Of a DNA stretch of 64,000 bases, positions 56,318 through 64,000 are shown one piece after another; position 1 is the stretch's first letter; each line of letters starts with the position of its first letter. The notes beneath the pieces were generated by a model, which worked only from the letters and a program-made list of their open reading frames with translations, searched no databases and was not told the origin of the DNA. The stretch spans positions 27,209 to 91,208 of the forward strand of contig JAQBYD010000006.1 of the NCBI GenBank assembly GCA_027623315.1. The letters are read 5' to 3'. This DNA comes from Verrucomicrobiota bacterium. Lineage in GTDB: Bacteria > Verrucomicrobiota > Kiritimatiellia > CAJWTS01. The position numbers and the translations under genes are program-made.

Positions 56318-58099
56318 TCATTCCGCATCAGTATCTGGTGAAGCCGGGCCGCTTTGCGCCAGCCTAAAGAAATAACCCTGTTGGGCCATAAGTTCATCAT
56401 AGGTCCCCTGCTCCACAACTTTCCCTGCATCAAAGACGAGAATCCGGTCGGCCTTGCGAACGGTTGTCAAACGATGCGCGATTACGATCGTGGTGACCTT
56501 GCCTTTAAGTTCTACGATGGCTTCCTGGATCTTTTTTTCAGAGGTCATATCCAAAGCACTGGTCGCTTCATCCAGTATAAGGATCTCGGGTTCTACCACG
56601 AGCGCCCTGGCCAGCGCAATGCGTTGACGTTCTCCCCCCGACAGACCGGCGCCATGTTCGCCCAGTACGGTTTCATATCCTTCCGGAAGGCGCTGAATAA
56701 ACGCATCCGCATGCGCCAAACGGCAGGCCTTTTGAATACGCTCCATGCTCAGGCCTTCGCTGCGGAAGTCCACATTCCGGGCGATGGAATCGTTGAGAAT
56801 GAAAGGGTCCTGCGATACGTAACCCATCTTTTTACGATAGCTGGTCATACTGAGGGTGGCCAGTTGATCGTTCCCGACCCTTATCTCGCCGCTGTTCGGC
56901 CGCAGAAGCCCCACGAGTAAATCCGCGGTTGTCGATTTTCCGGCTCCCGATCCGCCGACCAAACCGATCATGGCACCGGATGGAATATCGAAATTCAATG
57001 GGCCAATGCAATGCTCCTGCCCTCCCGATGCGTAGCGGTAAGTGACTTCCTGAAAGGAAATTCCATCGCCCACACTTTCAAAAGTGCGTCCTGCATTCTC
57101 GTCGGGATATTGATTGGATTTTAATTCGCTGATGTTTTCTTCAAAGACATCCAGAGCCGCCATGTGTCTGAGAATTTTGTAGTGCATGTTCTGAATCGTT
57201 CTCAGGGACTGATACATTCTGGCTGCCGCGACGATAAAGGCAAAAAAGATTGTGAGGTTGAAATCGAAAATGAGGTAGATCATCAGCGCCAGGACTATCA
57301 CCATTGGCTCAAAGATCGAATTGAGTGAACCTTCGGCTACAGCCAGCTTCAATTCGGTTCGACTATACCTGGACAGGGTCTTGTCCATGTGCCGCCCGAT
57401 GCCGTCTTCGCAGACGAAGCTTTTCATGACGCGGTAACCGCTGAGGCTATGATTTACGGTTTCCTGAATTTCAGCCTGGCAGGCCGCGACAGTATGCCCC
57501 CAGCGCCGTGCTGAGAGGAAAACCGATCGGATCAGGAAATAAATGACCGCAGAGAAGGCCAGTACAAAAAGAGAAAGTTCCCAGGATATCAGCACGACCA
57601 CAATAACCGAAAACAGGACATCCACGGCGGAGGTGGCATAGCGTGAGACGAAGTTCAGCAACCGGGAAATCATACGCGTTTGCGTCACGACGACATCCGT
57701 AAGTTTCCCGAAATTCCGGCTGTACAGAAAAGGAAGTTCCGCATGCAGCAGCGCATCCAGTGCGATGCGTTTCTTGTGACATTCCAGGCCTACCTCGACT
57801 GATTTCATCAGGGCATTCTGAAGCACCAACATGGCGGATCGTGCTGCGACAATGAAGAAGGTAACGATCAGGATGTTTTGAAAGGTAGGTTCAAGCCCAA
57901 TTCCGTTGAACAACCCGATGAACAGCCGCCCGAACAAGCTGTCCGGATTAGGGGCCTCGTCCATGAGTGCGGTCATCAGCGGGATAATGGCCGCAATACT
58001 CGCCCCGCCTAAAAAGCCGGTAAAAAGCAACAACAGAAAAATAATTGACAGCCTTAATCGGTAATATTTTAACCCGAGGCGAATTACATTGGCTATCAT
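56318..58099 (-). CDS. ABC transporter, fused permease/ATP-binding protein (type I exporter, MsbA/PglK-like)
   Basis: 593 aa. Six N-terminal TM helices, Walker A GGSGAGKST, signature LSGGERQRIALARAL, Walker B ILILDEATSALD, H-loop IAHRL. Confidence 0.85.
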   Translation of the reverse strand: MIANVIRLGLKYYRLRLSIIFLLLLFTGFLGGASIAAIIPLMTALMDEAPNPDSLFGRLFIGLFNGIGLEPTFQNILIVTFFIVAARSAMLVLQNALMKSVEVGLECHKKRIALDALLHAELPFLYSRNFGKLTDVVVTQTRMISRLLNFVSRYATSAVDVLFSVIVVVLISWELSLFVLAFSAVIYFLIRSVFLSARRWGHTVAACQAEIQETVNHSLSGYRVMKSFVCEDGIGRHMDKTLSRYSRTELKLAVAEGSLNSIFEPMVIVLALMIYLIFDFNLTIFFAFIVAAARMYQSLRTIQNMHYKILRHMAALDVFEENISELKSNQYPDENAGRTFESVGDGISFQEVTYRYASGGQEHCIGPLNFDIPSGAMIGLVGGSGAGKSTTADLLVGLLRPNSGEIRVGNDQLATLSMTSYRKKMGYVSQDPFILNDSIARNVDFRSEGLSMERIQKACRLAHADAFIQRLPEGYETVLGEHGAGLSGGERQRIALARALVVEPEILILDEATSALDMTSEKKIQEAIVELKGKVTTIVIAHRLTTVRKADRILVFDAGKVVEQGTYDELMAQQGYFFRLAQSGPASPDTDAE

Positions 58100-58180
58100 A
58101 TGAGTTATCTTTAACTGATGTTTACGGTCACTTGTCGTACGATCAAGCGGATGCGAAATGGCGGACTGTTTGAAAAAAAG

Positions 58181-59473
58181 TTAAAGGAGGTCTTCGGGCT
58201 TTCGTCCAGCTTTTAATATAATCTCAAGTGAGGCTAAAAAAATAAGTTGATTGGACAAATCAGCATGATTGTTCTGGTGTGTATTCCATATTTCATCCAA
58301 GTCCAACCAGTTGACAATGTTTCGTTTTTTCAAATCATTCAAATTCTCTCTCATTGAATCTCTGAGATCTTTCCTGCTTTGTATGGAGGTTTTGAAATCC
58401 AGATAGTTCAGCATCCTATTTCGAACAGCATTCGGCCTTTTTGACGGAAATTTTTTACGCAATATGTTGCCGGCATGTGCGCAGGCATAAGGCAGTTTGC
58501 CTGTCTTTAGTCCCAGGCCATAATGAGATTTAAGCGGGATGCGGCTCATTTCCGGAAAATATTCCAGAATCATACCTTTATACAGACTGCAATTTTTGCG
58601 ATGCACCCTGGGCAGGTTAGTGAAAAATGCCAGCACCTCGGGGTCTGAAAATGGCGTTTCAAAGCATAGTCCTTTATGTAGAACACTCGGCGCTATCAAC
58701 TTCGCCTGTCGGTTTGAAAAATCCCAGCATTCTTCAATTGAGAAAGTGGTACCTGTTGCATTATCCGGATAGTCGAGAAGTGAGACATACTGCTTATGCG
58801 CTAGTACGTCTAGGCGCAGATTGCTTGTTTTACGTCCCTCTTTTTCGAGAAAACGGTAAGCCGCCAGCGGCTTTGTTGGTGCTGGTGAATGAGGCATGCG
58901 TGACCCGGCGAGATAGTCACCAAGGAAACCAGACCAGACCCGAGTGTTACCATAGCGTTCAACAAGTTTTGTTACCGGAGCTCCATGATATACCTCTGTC
59001 TGTAAATCGAAAGCTTTGGCTTTTAGAACAAGAGACTCCGTATCGTAAGGGCATTCATGTAGCGATAACGGATTGTGTTCCACCCCGTAAAACCTAGCGA
59101 CCTGGGCGCCAATTTCAAAATCAAAAGATCCCGGAAGCCCATACGTGAAGGTTGTGACCTTCGCGGCGGGCACCTGCTCCATTAAAAGAGCAAGAATAAG
59201 CCTACTGTCTAATCCACCACTCAGCGGAACCGCCTGGATCTTATCGGTGTCCAGTCGTTTGTCGATGGAGTTGCGTATAAGATGAATAGCCGTCTGCTTG
59301 AGTTCCTGCGTCGTCGCATGCTGTATATCTGACCTTGGTCCATAAAAAGTTCTGAGCGCAGGCGGGCTGCAGTAATTCAGAAAATAGCCAAGCCGAAGGT
59401 AGGCGTTCAGGGAAAGACTGTTTTTGAAATCATCGGCCTGAACCGCTGGACTACCCCCATCCCATGTATTCAT
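58181..59473 (-). CDS. Asparagine synthetase-like amidotransferase (AsnB C-terminal synthetase domain only, no glutaminase domain)
   Basis: 430 aa. PP-loop SGGLDSRLILALL as in AsnB/WbpS-type enzymes. No N-terminal Cys glutaminase domain. Confidence 0.65.
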   Translation of the reverse strand: MNTWDGGSPAVQADDFKNSLSLNAYLRLGYFLNYCSPPALRTFYGPRSDIQHATTQELKQTAIHLIRNSIDKRLDTDKIQAVPLSGGLDSRLILALLMEQVPAAKVTTFTYGLPGSFDFEIGAQVARFYGVEHNPLSLHECPYDTESLVLKAKAFDLQTEVYHGAPVTKLVERYGNTRVWSGFLGDYLAGSRMPHSPAPTKPLAAYRFLEKEGRKTSNLRLDVLAHKQYVSLLDYPDNATGTTFSIEECWDFSNRQAKLIAPSVLHKGLCFETPFSDPEVLAFFTNLPRVHRKNCSLYKGMILEYFPEMSRIPLKSHYGLGLKTGKLPYACAHAGNILRKKFPSKRPNAVRNRMLNYLDFKTSIQSRKDLRDSMRENLNDLKKRNIVNWLDLDEIWNTHQNNHADLSNQLIFLASLEIILKAGRKPEDLL

Positions 59474-60492
59474 GGTGATACGGCCCCAGCATCTACAGTA
59501 CTTTCAATAAAGGTCTGCATTAAGCCGATATAATGTTCCCGATATTCTTCAAACGTATCCGGACGAACAAGGTGAGGACGTGTCCTATTCTCCGTGGGGT
59601 CCATTTCATTTGCGATAGATTTCCAAACATGTGTAAGAAAGTGCTTTCCATCATACGAGTTATCGGTGTCATAGGTCAACGCCCCTGGGGCTGAAAAATC
59701 GTAAAACTCATCCGCAATAATTGAAAGACGCCTTGCCACATGAAAAAATGATTCTTCGTTTTTGTAGTAATCCTTATATACTTCCCATGGACTTACGGGT
59801 GGAGCATAAAGAATGTAGTGTGCGTTGGGGAAAACTGAATGTAGCTCGTCATAGAGTTCCACCCATTCAATTTGATATTTTTGAGGACTAATTTTTCTGC
59901 GAAATGCTGGGCGATAAGGTTTGAGCCCGGGGATAGGCTGGCAGGCAAAGTTTTGGTCATAATATCGTTGTCCGGTTCTCGATGGAAATTGTCTGCGGAG
60001 GGTCTGTCGAGACCATTGAACAACATCCCAACTCATATAATTAGCCCATTTAGAGGGTGGTCGTTTGAACTCGTCAACCCAGTCGGGTACCTCACGCTGC
60101 GGGTCGCCATAAAAATTAAACATGGATGCTTCGACGAGAAGGACCTTGGGCTCATATCCTTTACTCTTTAAGTAGCGCGCATACGCTATAAACTCCCTGA
60201 TTCGTCCTGCACTGAATGACAAATTAAACGAATCACCACCACAGAAATCACGCTGATCAAGTAAAGTCGTTCTGGAGCTCCCAAGGATCAGGCAGGCAGG
60301 ATCGGATTTCCGGCGTTCGAAAAGATAAATTTTTGTTAGTCTCTCGTTAAAAGCAATATTGGTGTCAAAGAGCTTATTGCCGCCAAAGGCCCACAGCGGA
60401 TCCACCACCAGGTTAAACCCCACCACGGCGCCCAATCCAATGACTAGCAGTCCACATAGAACACAGGCATATACTTTGAAAGAATTACACAT
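59470..60492 (-). CDS. Membrane-anchored hypothetical protein, possible DltD/AlgJ-like O-acyltransferase partner of the MBOAT
   Basis: 340 aa. N-terminal anchor MCNSFKVYACVLCGLLVIGLGAVVGF. CLILGSSRT resembles the DltD GSS block. 1-nt gap, in line with the MBOAT gene. Assigned mainly from context. Confidence 0.4.
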   Translation of the reverse strand: MCNSFKVYACVLCGLLVIGLGAVVGFNLVVDPLWAFGGNKLFDTNIAFNERLTKIYLFERRKSDPACLILGSSRTTLLDQRDFCGGDSFNLSFSAGRIREFIAYARYLKSKGYEPKVLLVEASMFNFYGDPQREVPDWVDEFKRPPSKWANYMSWDVVQWSRQTLRRQFPSRTGQRYYDQNFACQPIPGLKPYRPAFRRKISPQKYQIEWVELYDELHSVFPNAHYILYAPPVSPWEVYKDYYKNEESFFHVARRLSIIADEFYDFSAPGALTYDTDNSYDGKHFLTHVWKSIANEMDPTENRTRPHLVRPDTFEEYREHYIGLMQTFIESTVDAGAVSP

Positions 60493-62042
60493 TAGAAATT
60501 GAAGTAGATAAATTCACTGACACGGTTTAATCGTACGAGACAATATAATAAAATAACAGCTATGAAGCAGGCCCATACAGGGCTCGGGGCCCATTGGAAC
60601 CAGCGGGGGCGTCCCGCTTCAACCTTGTATCCTGCCGTGTGCATATAGGGTCGGCAGCTTCGAAAAAGCTGCATCGAATTCGGAGCAAGAAAACAAAGGA
60701 GGAAGGCGCACAGGATTAACCGGATATCCCCGGATACCCGCACTTTACGTATTTGAGCCCATTCAGCGCCGGATAGCCATTCGGACAGCGCGGGACTTCC
60801 CGCGATCCATTCCTTCGGGATAATCATTCCGTTGGATCCAATCATGCCGTTCAGCACAGCCAGCGCTCCATCCAGCGATTCTGCCCGAAACAAAACCCAG
60901 CTGATAACCACGGCCAGAAAGGTTATCGACTGGGCCAAAATTTTCCATGCCGCATTGGTATCGGATAACAGGCCCCACTTAGGTTTGAGATGGTGCCAGC
61001 CATGGTTGATGCAAATATACAATCCATGCAGCCCCCCCCAAATGACAAAAGTCCACCCGGCTCCGTGCCATAATCCACCCAGCAGCATGGTGATCATCAG
61101 GTTTCTGTAGCGGAACAGTCGCCCTTTTCGGCTGCCGCCGAGCGGAAAATACAGGTACTCCCTCAAAAACCGTGACAAGGTCATATGCCACCGGCGCCAG
61201 AATTCGACAATGCTCCTGGACTTGTACGGGGAGTTGAAGTTGACCGGCAAGCGGATGCCGAAACATCGCCCCAATCCTATCGCCATATCGGAGTATCCGG
61301 AGAAATCAAAATAGAGTTGAAAGGTATAGCCGAGTGCACCCATCCACCCGGAAAGAAAATCTATGGGCCGTCCCAGTTCGGCACTCTGAAAGACTGGATT
61401 CGCAATGAGTGCCAGATTGTCGGCAAGAATAGATTTTTTGAAAAGGCCCAAGGCAAAAATGCTTAACCCCACGATAAGGTTTCGAAGGATCTGCTTTTTC
61501 CGGGGAGCCATACGTTCAAACTGGGGAAGCATTTCCCTGTGATGAACGATCGGGCCTGCAATTAACTGGGGGAAAAAGGAGACGAAAAGGCAGTAATGGA
61601 TGAAGTTGTATTCTTTGGTCTCGTGGCGGTAGGAGTCCACCAGATAGGTGATCTGTTGAAATGTGAAAAAGGAGATGCCAAGAGGCAGTAGAATGTCCGG
61701 GACACGCCATCCGCCATTCAGTAACGCATTGGTGTTTTCAATGAAAAAACCGGCGTACTTGTAGTAGCCGATGGTAAGGAGATTGACCCCAATCCCCAGG
61801 GCAAGCATCCGACGCGTTCGCCACTTTTCTTTCAGCATCAATCGTCCCATGCCGTAGTTGAACAGCATGGAAACGGCGATCAATATGAGATATTGAGGGT
61901 TCCACCAGGCATAAAAAAACAGGGATGCGACAGCAAGCCATGCATAACGCAGTTCCCTGTTATTAAACTGTTGAAGGCAAAGGTACACCGCGAGGGTAAT
62001 CGGAAAAAACCAGAAGATGAATTCAAAGGTGTTAAAAAGCAT
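60492..62042 (-). CDS. MBOAT-family membrane-bound O-acyltransferase (AlgI/DltB/PatA-like)
   Basis: 516 aa, polytopic. Conserved WRRWHMTLSRFLREYLYFPLGGSR and catalytic His region LGGLWHGAGWTFVIWGGLHG. Confidence 0.85.
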   Translation of the reverse strand: MLFNTFEFIFWFFPITLAVYLCLQQFNNRELRYAWLAVASLFFYAWWNPQYLILIAVSMLFNYGMGRLMLKEKWRTRRMLALGIGVNLLTIGYYKYAGFFIENTNALLNGGWRVPDILLPLGISFFTFQQITYLVDSYRHETKEYNFIHYCLFVSFFPQLIAGPIVHHREMLPQFERMAPRKKQILRNLIVGLSIFALGLFKKSILADNLALIANPVFQSAELGRPIDFLSGWMGALGYTFQLYFDFSGYSDMAIGLGRCFGIRLPVNFNSPYKSRSIVEFWRRWHMTLSRFLREYLYFPLGGSRKGRLFRYRNLMITMLLGGLWHGAGWTFVIWGGLHGLYICINHGWHHLKPKWGLLSDTNAAWKILAQSITFLAVVISWVLFRAESLDGALAVLNGMIGSNGMIIPKEWIAGSPALSEWLSGAEWAQIRKVRVSGDIRLILCAFLLCFLAPNSMQLFRSCRPYMHTAGYKVEAGRPRWFQWAPSPVWACFIAVILLYCLVRLNRVSEFIYFNF

Positions 62043-62065
62043 ATCACCGGCGACCCAATTGGAAA

Positions 62066-62815
62066 TTAATGTTTATCTTTAAATTGAATGAACGCCGCCG
62101 CGTATCTCTTTCCCAGTTCCTGCGCGGACGAATAGTCGAAATGCCAACGATCATAGGCCGTGAGCCCGTCGGAGGTAACAAAGGCGGTCCCTGGCGCTTT
62201 CTCAGTCAAATTCGCGAGTCTCCGGTTAAACTCTGGCGCATTGTGTATGCCCCCGGCAATGAAGGGGACTTCCATTTCGAGTGTGCTCCGAAATTCATAT
62301 ATAAGGCTGCAGAGTTGATCCAAGTATTCTCTATCTTCTATATTGCGCTCACCCTGATGCCAGAGAATGGCCTCGAGGTGCCCCTCATTTTGTTCAAGGG
62401 CACTGCGAATGCGGCGAATTGCCTCACTAAAATAGGGCTGCCCTTTCCGCCACTCTGTAATACTAGATCCCCCTCGTGCATTGATAACCAACCCGACCTG
62501 AATTCCCGGCTTGTACTCAAGAAGATGTTTTCCAAAAGCTTCACAGAAATTATACCGCTGAAGACCAAGACTTTTACGGATTGTCGAGTATCGGTTGTAA
62601 GGTTGCCGAGCGGTTTCCCATTTATTTTCAGCATTAAAAAGCAATATATCAGAGACTTCTCCTGATGCCTCGGGAATCGGACTCCGCCCAGCCATATTAC
62701 TTTGCCCGATACAGAGAAAAACCCATAATGCAGGCTTTTTTTGATCTTTTTCCTTCTTTATCTGAAAGACTTTACTGCACATAAAGCTTAATATAAGCCC
62801 AAGCATAAGCAGCAT
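62066..62815 (-). CDS. SASA/DUF303-type carbohydrate esterase (sialate-O-acetylesterase-like SGNH hydrolase)
   Basis: Block I CIGQSNMAGRSP, central GG, C-terminal DxxH-like (DRWHFD). The track start is 62905. I prefer ATG 62815 (MLLMLGLILSFMC, a signal), which removes the 77-nt overlap with the upstream gene. Start uncertain. Confidence 0.6.
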   Translation of the reverse strand: MLLMLGLILSFMCSKVFQIKKEKDQKKPALWVFLCIGQSNMAGRSPIPEASGEVSDILLFNAENKWETARQPYNRYSTIRKSLGLQRYNFCEAFGKHLLEYKPGIQVGLVINARGGSSITEWRKGQPYFSEAIRRIRSALEQNEGHLEAILWHQGERNIEDREYLDQLCSLIYEFRSTLEMEVPFIAGGIHNAPEFNRRLANLTEKAPGTAFVTSDGLTAYDRWHFDYSSAQELGKRYAAAFIQFKDKH

Positions 62816-62828
62816 GCCGAGCACTTTT

Positions 62829-64000
62829 TTACAACTCAACTGCTTCCATAAGAAAGGCATCGCAACCAACCTCGTTGAACTGCATAGGAGGCAGTTCGGG
62901 TTCAATAGCCCTGAGAAGTTCTACTTTTTCAGAAAGTTCCTTTTCGTGAAGGCATTCAAATTTATAGCGGGCAATCGATTGACCCCTGAAGAGAGCTCCT
63001 CCAAACTTACTTTTCCGTAAACGACCTAAGCCATTTCGGTAATTTCTTAAGAGTTCTTCTTTAGGCGTTGACGGAAAAGTTTTCACCTCAGGGGCGCATC
63101 CTGCGTAATGATTAGAGATAAGTTCGACAATTGAGCTGGTGGAAGATCCGTCAAGTTTAGCAATGACAGGCTCCAGGAGCTTTTGACGTGCCGACCGCTG
63201 TTCGGAGCTAAGTTGATAAGATCCGTCCAGTGTGCTTTTCACCCAGTTGATCAAGTCTTTGTGGTTATCAAGCGTTTCACTTATTGCCCTCGGCAGCGGC
63301 TTGCTTAGCTCTGGATGGTAAATTGGCGCGTACATAGCAACTGGCAGGCCGTGAACAAACGCTTCGACTGCCGTTGTGCAGCCATGATGAATGACGGAGG
63401 CCGCATTGATCAGCCACATTTGCACCGGCCCCTCTCGCAGGACAAAGATATTTTCAACTTGCTTGAAGGTGTGTCTGTAGAAATCAAGATTTTCGGTAGG
63501 ATGAGGGCGAATAACAATAGAGCGTGGCGCTATGGCCTTGCTGAGTGCGTGGATGGCTTCAATAAAGAAGCCGGATAAAAGGCCATGATAATGGCATAGC
63601 ATATCTTCATGGAGACTGTTGTAGGATTTTCCCTGCGCTTGATTGCGCAGGGCTTTAAGTTTTTCGGCACCGAGATAATGATGAGCACGCTGAAAGTTGG
63701 TGTTGATTAGAACGTACGGCTCATTTTTGAATCGACTGTCTTTCTGCTGTGCTTCGAAATACGAAGCAAACCTTTTAGCGCATAAATCAAATCTGGGGTT
63801 CCCAACTACATTAAATTTTTCTGGGTCATCAGATGCCTTTTCTCGGAGGAGTTCGGTTTTTTGCCATTCCCCCCATAGCAGTGTCATCAAGGAAAGACTG
63901 ACAGCGCTTGGAGGATTGCGTTGTACCAGAGCGGTGCTGTTTTCGACGTAAATTCCACCCTCCTCATCCATACGGATCAAATCACCGCCTCGTTCCTGCA
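62829..64000 (-). CDS. Putative capsule-polysaccharide biosynthesis glycosyltransferase (KpsS/KpsC-like family?), N-terminus probably beyond the window
   Basis: The frame stays open to the window edge. The track M at 63980 is TTG. Internal ATG at 63971. Motif IHHGCTTAVEAFVHGLPV. The family assignment is tentative. Confidence 0.45.
   Translation of the reverse strand, partial: QERGGDLIRMDEEGGIYVENSTALVQRNPPSAVSLSLMTLLWGEWQKTELLREKASDDPEKFNVVGNPRFDLCAKRFASYFEAQQKDSRFKNEPYVLINTNFQRAHHYLGAEKLKALRNQAQGKSYNSLHEDMLCHYHGLLSGFFIEAIHALSKAIAPRSIVIRPHPTENLDFYRHTFKQVENIFVLREGPVQMWLINAASVIHHGCTTAVEAFVHGLPVAMYAPIYHPELSKPLPRAISETLDNHKDLINWVKSTLDGSYQLSSEQRSARQKLLEPVIAKLDGSSTSSIVELISNHYAGCAPEVKTFPSTPKEELLRNYRNGLGRLRKSKFGGALFRGQSIARYKFECLHEKELSEKVELLRAIEPELPPMQFNEVGCDAFLMEAVEL

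Noticed and set aside
62829-62905. 77-nt overlap between track ORFs 62066..62905 and 62829..63980
   Set aside because: Probably an artefact of choosing the longest ORF. An internal ATG at 62815 with a signal-like sequence resolves the overlap.

Overview
This is a high-GC (~60-65%) bacterial chromosomal segment. The gene content (giant secreted lectin-like and DUF11 proteins, many sulfotransferases, an ECF sigma factor) suggests a PVC-superphylum or similar environmental lineage, but that is a guess. No rRNA, tRNA, CRISPR array, transposase or integrase was recognised by eye.

Layout, start to end:
1. 1-6732: a minus-strand operon that looks like lipid or type-II-PKS biosynthesis. It encodes a lipoyl/E3-binding carrier with no catalytic domain, FabG, a KS-alpha/KS-beta-like pair, 2-oxoacid dehydrogenase E1-alpha and E1-beta, a GT2 and an ACP.
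2. 6765-12761: a ~2000-aa secreted protein with repeated ConA/LamG-like domains, co-oriented with and 32 bp upstream of that operon.
3. 13.1-14.7 kb: an ECF sigma / anti-sigma pair flanked by two LTXXQ (Spy/CpxP-like) proteins.
4. 15.1-18.9 kb: small genes (tandem zinc-ribbon, DUF1648, DUF523), a secreted esterase and a ZIP metal transporter.
5. 19.1-27.1 kb: a 2.65-kaa reprolysin-like metalloprotease with Calx-beta, P-domain and 11 DUF11 repeats, several of them near-identical at the DNA level.
6. 27.3-33.4 kb: a DUF2330/HEAT protein, then a TerB-domain protein, flotillin and NfeD operon.
7. 33.7-35.9 kb: two hydrolases, one apparently frameshifted at a G5 run.
8. 36-64 kb: a large glycan biosynthesis locus with at least 4 sulfotransferases among about 11 glycosyltransferases. 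Its two compositionally distinct halves are separated by a 3' remnant of ppdK with its terminator and by a small ORF bracketed by a perfect 15-bp inverted repeat. The low-GC half adds an MsbA-like ABC exporter, an AsnB-like amidotransferase, an MBOAT with a DltD-like partner and a SASA-type esterase.

The ORF track contains many antisense ORFs that are high-GC artefacts. Several track starts are TTG or GTG codons shown as M; where that applies I give revised starts.
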